Of a stretch of 64,000 nucleotides of DNA, positions 9,362-19,874 are shown in pieces. This stretch comes from Chlorobium sp. GTDB lineage: Bacteria; Bacteroidota; Chlorobiia; Chlorobiales; Chlorobiaceae. The notes beneath the pieces are model-generated. The model was given only the letters and a program-made list of their open reading frames with translations. It was not told the origin of the DNA and ran no database searches. The translations under genes were made by a program, and so were the position numbers. The stretch lies in the NCBI RefSeq assembly GCF_021740465.1, contig NZ_JAIOZR010000001.1, positions 88,800 to 152,799 of the forward strand, in the 5' to 3' direction. The stretch's first letter is position 1; every line of letters starts with the position of its first letter.

Positions 9362-12300
9362 TCAGGATTCCGGCGAAGGACGCCATCGGTTCATGAACCT
9401 ATCAAACCTGCTCCGAAGCCGGTCGAAACCGACATACACAACGGGTATGACCAGAAGAGTGAGAAACATGGAGCTTCCGAGACCACCGATCAAGGCAACG
9501 GCAAGCCCTGATTTCCACTCGGAGCCCGAGCTTCCCGAAAGCGCGATGGGCATGAGGCCGAATATCAGGGTAAAGGTGGTCATCAGAATGGGACGCAGAC
9601 GTTCCCGACCGGCTTCAATGATGGCCGCATGCAGCTCCATGCCTTCACTGCGGAACTTTGTAATGAAATCCACCAGCAGAATGGCGTTCTTGCCGACAAG
9701 ACCGACCAGCATGATAATACCGAGAATGGTAAAAATGCTGAGCGACTTGCCGAAGGCCACAAGCGCGAAAAGCGCGCCGATCACGGCAAGCGGAATGGAG
9801 AACATCACAACCATCGGCCAGATATAGGAGTCGTAAAGGGCGACCATGATGAGATAGACGAAAACAATGGCTACGAGAAACGCGACGAGAAGGGTGGAGA
9901 ATGACTCCCCCTGGCGCTTCAGGTCGGACTCGTATGCATGGGAGACCGTCGCGGGCATGACGCCGTTTTTCTTCATGCCCGCGATGATGCGTTCGATATC
10001 CTGACCAATACTGCCCACCGGGCGGCCGATAACCTGGGCTTTTACCCAGACAGCATTGTTTCGGTCCTTCCGCTGGAGCCTGGTATAGCCGCGATCCTGC
10101 TCGAAAGTGACGAACTGGCCGAGACGTACCTGTTCCCCGCTCGGGGTACGGAAAGTTATCTGTTCGACGGTGCGGGTATCCCGCCGGAAATATTCGTCAA
10201 GCATGACCCGGATGTCGTACTCATTGTCACCCTCCCGGTAGGTTCCCGCATCGTCTCCCGCATAGGCGGTACGAAGCGCGGCGCCGACCTCCGCAATGGT
10301 AAGGCCGAACGAGGCCATTTTTTCCCGGTCTATCTTCGCCCGTATTTCGGGACTTCCGGCCGAAGCGGTAAGCTTGACATCCGCGCTCCCCGGTGTATTG
10401 CGGAGGCTGTCGCGAAGCGCTTCGGCGGCAAGGATGACCTCATTGCGGAAGGGTCCGCTTAAAACGACAATAACCGGCGTCTCGTTTGCCGTTCCGAATA
10501 TGCCGATGGGGTTGATGCTTGCCTTCAGACCGGGAATATCCCGAAGGCTTATGCGGATATCCTGCATGAAGTCGTCGGTTGAACGGCTTCGCTCCTGCTT
10601 GGGAACAAGGGTGATATTGAGTTCGGAAACATTATCGGCACTCTGGTTGAAAAAGCCTTCGCTCGAGGCTCCGACATTGGCCAATATTTTTTCGACTTCG
10701 GGCATGCTGGATATCCTGCGTTCGATCTCCCTGGTCATGCGGTCGGTTTCGTCGAGTCGGGTACCCGCCTCATATTCCATTATCACGGAAAACTCTCCCC
10801 GATCGGAAACCTCGATGAACTCCCCGCCGATGAACCCGAACACCAGCAGACTGAACGAAAGCAGGAGCAGCACCGTCGAACCGGCAATGACTTTCCATCC
10901 GTTCCTGAGACTCCAGCGGAGCGAGGTTACGTACCACTCCCGAAGACGCTGAAAGTTATGTTCGAAGCCGATTGCGAAGCGGGAAAGTGCATTGACGGGC
11001 TGAAGCCGTTCAACCCGTGAAAACCTCGAGGCGAGAAGCGGTGTAACGGTAAAGGAGACGAAAAGGCTGACCATGGTGGAGAGCACCATGACAATGGCGA
11101 ATTCGCGGAGAATGTTCCCGACGATGCCGCTGACCAGCGAGAGCGGAAGAAAGACCACTACATCGACAAGGGTGATCGAGAGCGCGGTAAATCCGATTTC
11201 ATTCCTGCCACGGAGCGCCGCATTCCGGGGGGCTTCGCCCTCTTCAAGGTGCCGGTAGATGTTTTCGAGTACAACGATCGAGTCATCGACCAGAATACCC
11301 ACAACCAAAGAGAGGGAGAGCAGCGTCATCAGGTTCAGGGAAAAATCGAACACATACATCCCGATGAAGGTGGTTACCAGGGAGGTCGGAATCGAGAGCA
11401 TGACGATCAGGGAATTCCTCACGCTGTGCAAAAAGAGCAGCATGACCAGAGCGACAAGCAGTATGGCGATCACAAGATCATGCTGCACGGCGGTAACGGC
11501 TTCGACAGTAAAGGTCGAGGCGTCCTGGGCGATATTGAACCGGAGATTCCTGTTGCCATAAAGCGTTTCGAGCTCTTTCAGCTTCTGGCGAACCTGCCTG
11601 CTGACATCGACCGTATTGGCGTCGCTCTGCTTCATGATCATGATGCCGACGGCGCCTCTGCCGTTTACCCGCGTCATGGTGGTGATCTCCCTGAACGCAT
11701 CGCTGACTTCGGCCACATCTTTCAGACGGATATCGCTGCCCGGCTCGGAAGAACGGATGACAAGGTTTTCCATCTCGCCGAGACCGTTGAATTTTCCGGC
11801 AAGACGCAGCGTGAACTGCCGGTCGGAAGCATCGATTTTTCCCGTGGGAAAATCGAGGTTCGCCCGGTCGATTGCATCGAGCACATCCGTTACCGTAAGA
11901 TTGTATGCCTGAAGACGGCCAATATCGAGGTTCACCCTGATTTCGCGTTCCCGGCCGCCGGTCAGGTAGACCTGGCCTACACCCGAAATACTCGAAAGCT
12001 GCGGTTTGATGTCATCCTTGAGCAGCTGGTAGAAACGCGTGTCGGGAAGCGAGGATGTTGCGCCTATGCGCAGGACTGCCACCTCATCAAGTGCGAATTT
12101 GCTGATCACCGGCTCCCTGGCGTCGTCGGGCAGCTGTTCACGAATTTCATTGACTTTGCGCTGGGCATCCTGAAGTGCCTTGTCGATATCGGCATCGTTG
12201 GAAAATTCCACGGTAACGGCAGAAAGCCCTTCTGAAGATACCGACGAAACCGTCACGATTTTTTCAAGTGCCGAAACCGCCTCTTCAACCGGCTTGGTTA

Positions 12301-12487
12301 CCGATGTTTCCACTTCACCGGGAGAAGCGCCGGGATACTGCACAGAAATGGAAACGACCGGCGGCGTCATTTTCGGGAGCAGTTCATACTGCAGCTGCCT
12401 GTAGCTGAAAAAACCCAGAATACCGAGTACGGAAAAAATAACGACAACGAGGCTCGGCCGCTTTATGGCAAGTTCGGTCAGGGTCAT
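9362..12487 (-). CDS. RND efflux transporter permease (AcrB/HAE1 family)
   Basis: 1041 aa, starting MTLTELAIKRPSLVVVIFSVLGILGFFSY. Shows the typical 12-TM layout with two large periplasmic loops. Its start overlaps the stop of the adaptor gene by 4 nt. Confidence 0.95.
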   Translation of the reverse strand: MTLTELAIKRPSLVVVIFSVLGILGFFSYRQLQYELLPKMTPPVVSISVQYPGASPGEVETSVTKPVEEAVSALEKIVTVSSVSSEGLSAVTVEFSNDADIDKALQDAQRKVNEIREQLPDDAREPVISKFALDEVAVLRIGATSSLPDTRFYQLLKDDIKPQLSSISGVGQVYLTGGREREIRVNLDIGRLQAYNLTVTDVLDAIDRANLDFPTGKIDASDRQFTLRLAGKFNGLGEMENLVIRSSEPGSDIRLKDVAEVSDAFREITTMTRVNGRGAVGIMIMKQSDANTVDVSRQVRQKLKELETLYGNRNLRFNIAQDASTFTVEAVTAVQHDLVIAILLVALVMLLFLHSVRNSLIVMLSIPTSLVTTFIGMYVFDFSLNLMTLLSLSLVVGILVDDSIVVLENIYRHLEEGEAPRNAALRGRNEIGFTALSITLVDVVVFLPLSLVSGIVGNILREFAIVMVLSTMVSLFVSFTVTPLLASRFSRVERLQPVNALSRFAIGFEHNFQRLREWYVTSLRWSLRNGWKVIAGSTVLLLLSFSLLVFGFIGGEFIEVSDRGEFSVIMEYEAGTRLDETDRMTREIERRISSMPEVEKILANVGASSEGFFNQSADNVSELNITLVPKQERSRSTDDFMQDIRISLRDIPGLKASINPIGIFGTANETPVIVVLSGPFRNEVILAAEALRDSLRNTPGSADVKLTASAGSPEIRAKIDREKMASFGLTIAEVGAALRTAYAGDDAGTYREGDNEYDIRVMLDEYFRRDTRTVEQITFRTPSGEQVRLGQFVTFEQDRGYTRLQRKDRNNAVWVKAQVIGRPVGSIGQDIERIIAGMKKNGVMPATVSHAYESDLKRQGESFSTLLVAFLVAIVFVYLIMVALYDSYIWPMVVMFSIPLAVIGALFALVAFGKSLSIFTILGIIMLVGLVGKNAILLVDFITKFRSEGMELHAAIIEAGRERLRPILMTTFTLIFGLMPIALSGSSGSEWKSGLAVALIGGLGSSMFLTLLVIPVVYVGFDRLRSRFDRFMNRWRPSPES

Positions 12488-13560
12488 CGTGCGCTGTCCA
12501 TGTTTTTCTGCGGGATGATGGTTACTTTCGTACCGTCGTGAAGTTCATTCTGCCCGCTCGTCACCACCTGTTCGCCCGCGGCCAGACCCCCGAGAATTTC
12601 AAGCTGCTCCTGGAACTCGCTGCCTGCAGTTACCTTTCGAAGACGGGCGACGCCGTTTCGCACCACATACACTTCAGGCTTCATAATACTTCCGGCAAGC
12701 GCTGTCCTGGGAACAACCAGAGCCTCACGACTCTCCTTTGCGGCAAGGATGACCCTGACAAACATTCCAGCCCTCAAAGGCGAGGTCTCAAAGTTCGGAA
12801 GTACGGCTTCGGCCTCGTAGGTTTTGTCACGGCCAGCCTTGCCACTTACCGAAGTAACCCTGCCCTGCAGTACCGGGGGGCCTGCACCGTCGCTACCCCG
12901 TATCTCGAGGGGGTACCCTGGAGCAATGCCCCGTACCTCTCTTTCGGAAAGAAAAAACCTGATGCGAACCTGCGACAGATCGACCAGATTGGCTACCTTC
13001 ATGCCAGGCTGAACCATCTCGCCTTCATCGAGGATCTTCATGGTAACGGTTCCCGATACCGGTGCCTTGATACGTGTATCCCGGTATTTCCTGCGAGCCT
13101 CTATCAGATCGGCTTCCGCCTCTTCTCGTTTCAGCCGGATGACCTCAAGACCGGAAGGCGATACAGCGCCTTCACGAAACAGATTAAGATAACGGGTATG
13201 GTCGAGATCGGCTTTTTCGAACGCGGCATTCGCTTTTTTCAAAGCCGAATGCTGCAATTCGTCATCGACAACGAACAGCACCTCTCCCGAGGCTTTCCTG
13301 TCGCCGATTTCCGCCATGGCTTTTCTGACCAGACCGCCGGTTTCCGAAAAAACCTCGACATCCCTGAAGGCTTCCGCCGTACCGGTAAGTGCGAGCGAAT
13401 CACGGACAACAGCCAGCCGTACCGGAACAACCGTTACCGGAACATCAAGCGAATAGGCCGAATCCTGCCGCAAAGGTTCGGAACGGTGCTGCTGCCACCA
13501 GAAAAGGCCCGATAGTGCAGCAATGACAAGAATGACTATCGCGAGTTTTTTCTGTTTCAT
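12484..13560 (-). CDS. RND efflux periplasmic adaptor (membrane fusion protein)
   Basis: Start chosen at MKQKKLAIVILVIAALSG (ATG at 13560), a signal/anchor sequence. HlyD-like coiled-coil and barrel segments follow. Overlaps the RND permease start. Confidence 0.9.
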   Translation of the reverse strand: MKQKKLAIVILVIAALSGLFWWQQHRSEPLRQDSAYSLDVPVTVVPVRLAVVRDSLALTGTAEAFRDVEVFSETGGLVRKAMAEIGDRKASGEVLFVVDDELQHSALKKANAAFEKADLDHTRYLNLFREGAVSPSGLEVIRLKREEAEADLIEARRKYRDTRIKAPVSGTVTMKILDEGEMVQPGMKVANLVDLSQVRIRFFLSEREVRGIAPGYPLEIRGSDGAGPPVLQGRVTSVSGKAGRDKTYEAEAVLPNFETSPLRAGMFVRVILAAKESREALVVPRTALAGSIMKPEVYVVRNGVARLRKVTAGSEFQEQLEILGGLAAGEQVVTSGQNELHDGTKVTIIPQKNMDSAR

Positions 13561-13691
13561 CGTATATCCTGATCGTAAAAAAGGGGAACTGTACCGCTTC
13601 CCTCTTCGCATAATCCCTGAAACGCAGAAGGCGGAACCCAAGCTCCGCCTTCTCTTTGCAATAACATCGGTTCGAAAAGCATCGGGCTCCG

Positions 13692-14423
13692 TCAGCAGAA
13701 GTGGCGCGATATGGAGCAGGAAATATCGGCGGAGGCCTTGACATGGTTGAGAATCGAGAGTATACCGGTCAGGTTTGTGATATTCTGATCATTAACCGAA
13801 GACTTGATCTTGACCAGCGCCTTATCGTACAGATCCTGTATTTCCTTCATCATGTCGAGTGTTTCGCTGGCATGTTTCGAGTTACCGCTTACAAAAGCCT
13901 CGACGGCTTTCTTGATCATTTCAGCGGTAATGTCGCCCATCGGTTTGAGGCCGTATTCGTCCTTGTGCAGCTCCTGAACGTTGGCAAACTGCACATGTGC
14001 AGCCTTTTCGGCAATATTTAGCGCAAACTGCGCGAGTCTTTCAAGCTCCTTCAGGATCATGCGGGCGTTATTGACTATCGCAATCTGCTCGTCATTGAGA
14101 TTCTGGAACGATGCATAGGCAAGGGTAAGATACTCTACTTCGAACTTTCCTTTCTGAATATACTCCTCATCGAATTTGAAGGCCGATGCAGCAAGTTCAA
14201 CATTTTTTTTGGTTGACGCGCGGATGCTGAGCATCAGGTTGTTTTCGACATTCGAGGAAAGCTTGGTAAGCTTCTGCTTGAGCGACTCAAGCTGAATATG
14301 AACCGGGCCGTCAGGTTTGGTCGAAAGATTGAACTTGGCCGGATCGATCTGGATAGTAAACGCTTTCGGAGTCTCGACAGATTTCGGTGTCTCTCCGAAA
14401 AACTTGCCTAAAAGATTTGCCAT
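13692..14423 (-). CDS. hypothetical, predominantly helical protein
   Basis: 243-aa ORF in a clean coding frame with no recognisable motif. The C-terminus is ...ADISCSISRHFC. Sits between phoU and the RND pair. Confidence 0.55.
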   Translation of the reverse strand: MANLLGKFFGETPKSVETPKAFTIQIDPAKFNLSTKPDGPVHIQLESLKQKLTKLSSNVENNLMLSIRASTKKNVELAASAFKFDEEYIQKGKFEVEYLTLAYASFQNLNDEQIAIVNNARMILKELERLAQFALNIAEKAAHVQFANVQELHKDEYGLKPMGDITAEMIKKAVEAFVSGNSKHASETLDMMKEIQDLYDKALVKIKSSVNDQNITNLTGILSILNHVKASADISCSISRHFC

Positions 14424-14553
14424 ATGATTACACTACCATGCTTGCGTTAAAAAACCGGATGGAGAAAAAGTGCTTTCAATTTAGTTTCCCGCAAGGGTTA
14501 ATTCAAGGAAAAAAAACAAATCGCACCTTTCGGAGATCTCCGTATCCTCCGGT

Positions 14554-15243
14554 TCAATCCTTGAGCGACTGAATAAGCTTCTCATACGTACCGCTTTCCG
14601 TATGCCTGGCAATTTCACCTGTAACCAGATAGATAACCTCACCGGCTATTCTCGTGGCATGGTCGGCCATTCGTTCGATATAACGGGAAATGCTGAGCGC
14701 CGCGATAAGCTGGTCGATATCGGCATCACTGTCTTTCATCTGCCGGGCGACCTTCTTGAACACCGCACTATGCATGGCGTCGATCTCTTCATCCATGGCC
14801 TCAACCCGGTCGGCAAGAATTCGATCCTTGTTGACGAATGCCTCGATTGCTTTTGCGGTCATCTCTCCGGCATGATGGCCCATCGTCTCGAAATCGAATT
14901 TGTCGAGCATCTCCGAGTTGATTTCCGGCATACGTTCGATGATATGAACCGCCAGATCACCGATACGTTCAAGATCGTCATTGATTTTCATGATGGTCAC
15001 AATGGTACGCAGATCCCGAGCTACAGGCTGCTGGAGGGCGAGAAAGGCAAGACAGCGCTCTTCAAGACGAACTTCGTTCAGATCGATCTCGTCGTCAATA
15101 AGCCGGATCTCCCTTGCCTGCTGCTCATCCTGATTCTTTACTGCGGTAAGGGCGTTGTAGAAATTCTGCAGCACCTTGTTTGAAAGCTGAACAAGCGACT
15201 CGGAGAGCTCTTTGATAAGTTCATGAACCGGTCTGTCTGACAT
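14554..15243 (-). CDS. phoU: phosphate signalling complex protein PhoU
   Basis: 229 aa with two PhoU repeats (DDEIDLNEVRLEERCL... and DEEIDAMHSAVFKK...; ERIGDLAVHI / ERMADHATRI). Lies directly downstream of pstB. Confidence 0.9.
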   Translation of the reverse strand: MSDRPVHELIKELSESLVQLSNKVLQNFYNALTAVKNQDEQQAREIRLIDDEIDLNEVRLEERCLAFLALQQPVARDLRTIVTIMKINDDLERIGDLAVHIIERMPEINSEMLDKFDFETMGHHAGEMTAKAIEAFVNKDRILADRVEAMDEEIDAMHSAVFKKVARQMKDSDADIDQLIAALSISRYIERMADHATRIAGEVIYLVTGEIARHTESGTYEKLIQSLKD

Positions 15244-15261
15244 GACGGTAAAGTGGTTTCG

Positions 15262-16122
15262 TTAGCTGAATCTTCCGGTTATATAATCTTCGGTCATCCT
15301 GTCTTTCGGATTGGTGAACAGCTGGGCCGTAGGAGCATATTCAACCAGAACCCCTTCATAAAAAAACATGGTGTAATCCGATACCCTCGATGCCTGCTGC
15401 ATATTGTGGGTGACGATCATGATGGTGTAACTGCCCCGCAGCTCCTGGATGAGATCCTCGATCTTTGCTGTCGCCTTTGGATCGAGCGCGGAGGTCGGTT
15501 CATCGAGCAGGAGTATTTCCGGTTCAACCGCGAGCGTTCTTGCAACACACAACCGCTGCTGCTGTCCGCCGCTGAGACCGAGAGCGTTCTTGTCGAGCCT
15601 GTCACTCACCTCATCCCACAAGGCGGCTTTTCTCAGGCTCCTCTCGACGATTTCAGCAAGCTGTTTGCGGTCGTTGATGCCATGCAGTCGCGGCCCGTAG
15701 GCAATATTGTCGAAAATGGATTTCGGGAACGGATTCGGTTTCTGAAACACCATCCCGATCTTTTTACGAAGCAGCACCTCGTCGGTAAATTTACCATAAA
15801 TGTCCTCCCCGTCAAAAAGAAGGGCCCCGGTTGTATGGCAGCTCGGAATCAGATCGTTCATCCGGTTTATCGCACGAAGATAGGTGCTTTTTCCACAGCC
15901 GCTCGGTCCAATTATCGCCGTTACGTATTTCGAAAGGATATCGGCATTGACCTTTTTGACCGCCTCGAATTCGCCGTAATAAATAGAGAAATCCTTTGCT
16001 ACAACGTGAGGAGTTCCGCCTCCTGATATTTTCTTTCTTTCAGAAGGCAGGTAAATATCACGCGTTGCTGCCGCTCCAGACGCGGTCTGCGATACCTCAC
16101 GTGCATCTGCTGTCATGTGCAT
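15262..16122 (-). CDS. pstB: phosphate ABC transporter ATP-binding protein PstB
   Basis: Walker [10 protein letters not shown], signature LSGGQQQRL, Walker [12 protein letters not shown], and PstB-typical RMNDL. The exact start is uncertain (N-terminal extension). Confidence 0.95.
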   Translation of the reverse strand: MHMTADAREVSQTASGAAATRDIYLPSERKKISGGGTPHVVAKDFSIYYGEFEAVKKVNADILSKYVTAIIGPSGCGKSTYLRAINRMNDLIPSCHTTGALLFDGEDIYGKFTDEVLLRKKIGMVFQKPNPFPKSIFDNIAYGPRLHGINDRKQLAEIVERSLRKAALWDEVSDRLDKNALGLSGGQQQRLCVARTLAVEPEILLLDEPTSALDPKATAKIEDLIQELRGSYTIMIVTHNMQQASRVSDYTMFFYEGVLVEYAPTAQLFTNPKDRMTEDYITGRFS

Positions 16123-16128
16123 TGTTCC

Positions 16129-17475
16129 TCAGCCTTTTAATTTTTTGGAAATACGTGCTCTCAGAAGAATTGCCGACAGGTTCAGCATGAGTACGATACT
16201 GACCAATGCAAGCACCATACCGTACTGGACATGCCGGATTTCAGCGGCAGCCTCATGTTCGCTGGCAAGATTGTAGATATTCCAGGAGAGAGCCGGAGTC
16301 GGTGATGAAAACACATCGGCAAGACCGATCGCCGAACCGACACTGACCGCTGCCGTAAAAATAATAGGGGCAGTCTCGCCTGCCGCCCTGCCAAGACTGA
16401 TAACACCGCCGGTAATGATGCCCGGCAGCGCCGCAGGCAAAATCACGGTCATGATGGTATTCCACTTTGTCGAACCAAGGCTCAGAGAGGCCTCCTTGTA
16501 TGTTTTCGGAACGGAAAGAATGGCCTCTTCAGCTGCACGGATAATGGTCGGAAGAATCATGATGGCAAGCGTCAGTGAACCGGCCAAAACACTTTTCGAT
16601 TCAGAAACCTTCAGGGTATTGATAAAAAAAGCCAGACCGAACAGACCGAAGACGATGCTCGGAACTCCCGCAAGCGTGCTGTTGGCACTACGCAATATAC
16701 TGTTGAAAAAACCCTCTCTTGCATATTCGGTAAAGTAGATGGCCGCAATAACTCCAAGAGGAAAAGCAAAAAGCATGGCGCCGACAGCGAGAAAAAACGT
16801 TCCCTGAATTTCCGGCCAGATACCTCCGAAAATATGGGAATCGACCGAGCTGTCCGTCAGAAATCCCCAGTAAACCGTAAATCTTGGACGAAGCACATCT
16901 TCAAGATGCTCCTCGACAAAAGGAAAGAGTTTTACGAGTGAGGTACCTTCAAACTCCGTTGCCTGGCTGACAAAGTACTCCTTCGCCATGGCATCAGGGT
17001 TGGAGTTGTCCCACCTGGTCTCATAAAGAAACTCATGCAGCTTTTCCTCCGCCTTGCCCCAGCGGGTCTGTCCGTACTTATAGCGGGTAAGAATCGCTTC
17101 AGCCTCACCGGGCAAAGGCCCTATCAAGGTCTGAAGAGCTGTTTTTACCGGGCCATATTTCGAAAGATAATCCTGCTTTTTTTCGGAATCCATGGTTTCG
17201 AGTTCAGCCTCGAATGCAGAAAGCATGCCGTAGATCTGCTTGCGATATACCTCCGATGCTGCATTTTCCTTTGCAAGCTCCTCCCTGTTTCCACGCCCGA
17301 ACTCATTGAAAAGCATGTTCCGATGCTCGATGGTTCCGGTAAAGAATACCGACCCGATGCCGTTGGTTATTATCGGCACCAGAACGATGAGAAGCGCGAT
17401 ACCCATAACCGCAATCGAGCCGAAACCGACAGCGGTAAATGAACGGTCAAGTATTTTTCTTGTTCCGAGATTCAT
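16129..17475 (-). CDS. pstA: phosphate ABC transporter permease PstA (long form)
   Basis: C-terminal half has the EAA-type loop EASLSLGSTKWNTIMTVILPAALPGIITG...GRAAGETAPI. Operon position is between pstC and pstB. Confidence 0.9.
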   Translation of the reverse strand: MNLGTRKILDRSFTAVGFGSIAVMGIALLIVLVPIITNGIGSVFFTGTIEHRNMLFNEFGRGNREELAKENAASEVYRKQIYGMLSAFEAELETMDSEKKQDYLSKYGPVKTALQTLIGPLPGEAEAILTRYKYGQTRWGKAEEKLHEFLYETRWDNSNPDAMAKEYFVSQATEFEGTSLVKLFPFVEEHLEDVLRPRFTVYWGFLTDSSVDSHIFGGIWPEIQGTFFLAVGAMLFAFPLGVIAAIYFTEYAREGFFNSILRSANSTLAGVPSIVFGLFGLAFFINTLKVSESKSVLAGSLTLAIMILPTIIRAAEEAILSVPKTYKEASLSLGSTKWNTIMTVILPAALPGIITGGVISLGRAAGETAPIIFTAAVSVGSAIGLADVFSSPTPALSWNIYNLASEHEAAAEIRHVQYGMVLALVSIVLMLNLSAILLRARISKKLKG

Positions 17476-17524
17476 GACTGCAGATTCTGATTACAAAAAA
17501 CGACACACGCATATATCACGATCA

Positions 17525-18691
17525 TCACTGCCCCGACAAAATCTTTCTCTGACGCACAACGATCCGCTCGCTTACCAGATTGCAGATAAAACTGATGACG
17601 AGAAGAAGAAGGCCCATAGCAAAAAGCACATGATAACGGGCCGAACCGGTAACCTGGTCGGCTTCGCCCATATCGCCTGCGATGGTTGCCGTAAGCGTCC
17701 TGACCGCTTCGAGGTAGTTGAACCAGGGCTCGGGAATATGCGAAGAGTTTCCGGAAGCCATCCAGACCACCATGGTTTCGCCGAGAGCCCGCATGACTCC
17801 AAGAATGACCGCCGCAAGAATGCCGCTGCTGGCTGCCGGAAGTACGGTTTTAACGATGGTTTCGGCACGTGTCGCGCCAAGCGCATAGCTCCCCTCCCGC
17901 AGGTCCCGTCCCACCGCCTGCAGCGCGTCTTCCGAAACGCTCACGATGGTGGGAAGGGCCATGAAGCTCAGAATGATCGAAACATTGAGGGCATTGGTGC
18001 CGGTGATTATTTCCATTCCCTGCAATACCGACCCCACCCAGTAAAGAAAAGCAAGCGCTCCGACTCCGAAAACGGCAAGAAGCACAAGGGATATCTGTTG
18101 ACGACGGTTCTGGTTTTCGATTTTTGCGGTAAGGAGATCCGACAGGATTATGACGGCAAGCAAAAGAAACGGAGCGGCAAGTATCCACCATGCCCACATG
18201 AGAATGGGCCCTCCATGAGTCTGGAGCAGTGGAGCAAAAATCACAAGCGCAAAAAAACCGAATGCCACCGAAGGAATGGCGGCAAGCATCTCGATAACCG
18301 GTTTGGCGTACTGCCTGACTGAAAATGGAAGAATATCGCTGAGGCATATGGCCGCCGCAATACCCATTGGCACCGAAAGCAGCGTTGAACCGAGCGTGAC
18401 CATGCCGCTGCCGTAGATTATGGCCAGGGCGCCGAACTCGCCCGGCTCATCGGCAGGATACCAGTTACTGCTGGTAAAAAACTCCCTGAATCCCCGAAGC
18501 TGAAAATAGGGCACTGCGTCAACAGCAACGAAATAGAAAATAAAGAGCACAACAATTGCTACAAAGGAAGCTATCAGGAGAAGAATCGACTCGCCTCCCG
18601 TTTTGGCAAGCTTCTGCATCTTCCTTTTTTGAGCGCTGACTATGAAGGCTCCCGAACGCCCGCTCTCTTTTAAATTATCTTCACTCATCAT
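17525..18691 (-). CDS. pstC: phosphate ABC transporter permease PstC
   Basis: EGSYALGATRAETIVKTVLPAASSGILAAVILGVMRALGETM permease loop. First permease gene after pstS. Confidence 0.9.
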   Translation of the reverse strand: MMSEDNLKESGRSGAFIVSAQKRKMQKLAKTGGESILLLIASFVAIVVLFIFYFVAVDAVPYFQLRGFREFFTSSNWYPADEPGEFGALAIIYGSGMVTLGSTLLSVPMGIAAAICLSDILPFSVRQYAKPVIEMLAAIPSVAFGFFALVIFAPLLQTHGGPILMWAWWILAAPFLLLAVIILSDLLTAKIENQNRRQQISLVLLAVFGVGALAFLYWVGSVLQGMEIITGTNALNVSIILSFMALPTIVSVSEDALQAVGRDLREGSYALGATRAETIVKTVLPAASSGILAAVILGVMRALGETMVVWMASGNSSHIPEPWFNYLEAVRTLTATIAGDMGEADQVTGSARYHVLFAMGLLLLVISFICNLVSERIVVRQRKILSGQ

Positions 18692-18831
18692 GGTGGCAAT
18701 TTATTACCGGATTTACCCTGAGCATCATTGCTCCTGCCCATCGTTATGACCGCCCTAATCTATACCCTTTCAATGAAGAAAAAAACCGGATTATGTTACA
18801 ACTGTGCAACAAATCATCCAGGGTACACCAT

Positions 18832-18863
18832 AAAAAAAGCCGGAACCATAACTATGGACCGGC
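18832..18863 (-). terminator. hairpin plus U-run downstream of the proximal pstS (intra-operon attenuator/terminator)
   Basis: Minus-strand reading GCCGGTCCATAGTTATGGTTCCGGC followed by TTTTTTT. Lies between pstS-1 and pstC. Confidence 0.5.
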
Positions 18864-18897
18864 TTAACCAACATACAATAAAATCGACAGTCGACTT

Positions 18898-19716
18898 TTA
18901 CTTGACAACAAAGCCAAGCTCACCGATCATCCGCTTTCCATCGGGTGTTTTCGGCAAATCGATGAACTTTTTCAGCGAACCTGCAGGCTGGCCGTTCGTG
19001 TACATATAGAGCGGACGGGAAACCGGATAGGTACTGTTCCTGACCGTGAGCGGAGAAGGAAGCACGCCGTTGACCGCAACCGGCTTGACCGAGCGGTCAA
19101 CAAAACCGAGACCCACAAAACCGATGGCCGAGCGGGTCGAAGACACCCTGTTCTTGATTGCTCCGTTGCTCGACTGCGTCTCTGCGGTTTTGGAAATCTG
19201 CGCGGTCTTGCCCATTACCAGCTCCTTGAACGCCTCCTGGGTGCCGCTGTTCGATTCCCGCTGGATCACTACGATGCGGGCGTTCGGACCGCCGACCTGG
19301 TTCCAGTTGGTAATACGCCCCTTGTAGATATCCGCGATCTGCGCTTTCGTCAGGTTCCTGACCGGATTGCCGGGATGAACGACCATGGCGATGCCGTCGA
19401 GCGCCACCGTGTGTCCAAGAGGATTGACGCCTTTTTTCCTTGCCGCAGCAAGCTCCTGGGCTTTCATCGCCCTCGACATAGTGGCGATATCGCAGCTCTT
19501 GTTGATGAGGCTTTTCGCGCCGTTGCCGCTCCCCGATTCGCTTACGGTAACCCTGACGCCGTACTTCTTCGTAAAGTATGCGGCAAAGGATTTCGCAAGA
19601 GGACCGACCGTCGTGGAACCGTCCAAAACGATACTCTTGCCCGCCGCAGACAGCGGAGAGGAGAGCACCACGGCGAAAAAGGCCACCAGCAGCAGAACAT
19701 GCTTCATCGTTTTCAT
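18898..19716 (-). CDS. pstS: phosphate-binding protein PstS (copy 1)
   Basis: Signal peptide, then LDGSTTVGPLAKSFAAYF...SESGSGNGAKSLIN...ESNSGTQ, typical of PstS-family periplasmic binding proteins. Confidence 0.9.
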   Translation of the reverse strand: MKTMKHVLLLVAFFAVVLSSPLSAAGKSIVLDGSTTVGPLAKSFAAYFTKKYGVRVTVSESGSGNGAKSLINKSCDIATMSRAMKAQELAAARKKGVNPLGHTVALDGIAMVVHPGNPVRNLTKAQIADIYKGRITNWNQVGGPNARIVVIQRESNSGTQEAFKELVMGKTAQISKTAETQSSNGAIKNRVSSTRSAIGFVGLGFVDRSVKPVAVNGVLPSPLTVRNSTYPVSRPLYMYTNGQPAGSLKKFIDLPKTPDGKRMIGELGFVVK

Positions 19717-19800
19717 CTTGATATCCGTTGATTATGTTGTTGATCGTCCTGTCGATAAAGGTATGAAAAGCCGGAGGAATTACGAAAAGGAACACAAACA

Positions 19801-19829
19801 AAAAAGCCGCCTGGAAAAGGCGGCTTTTT
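19801..19829 (-). terminator. symmetric rho-independent terminator between the two pstS paralogues
   Basis: AAAAAGCCGCCTGGAAAAGGCGGCTTTTT: a 6-bp GC stem flanked by A5/T5, 46 nt after the pstS-2 stop. Confidence 0.6.
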
Positions 19830-19874
19830 CAAAGAACAGGAAAGGAGAACAACATAAAGAAAAACAGATTGTCC

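Noticed and set aside
11249-12235. 328-aa plus-strand ORF (and several others between 9393 and 12404) inside the RND transporter gene
   Set aside because: All are antisense or out of frame relative to a 1041-aa AcrB-family gene, and their translations lack recognisable domains.
17240-18322. 360-aa plus-strand ORF spanning the pstA/pstC junction
   Set aside because: It is antisense to two well-supported permease genes and crosses their intergenic gap. The translation is Arg/His-rich shadow sequence.
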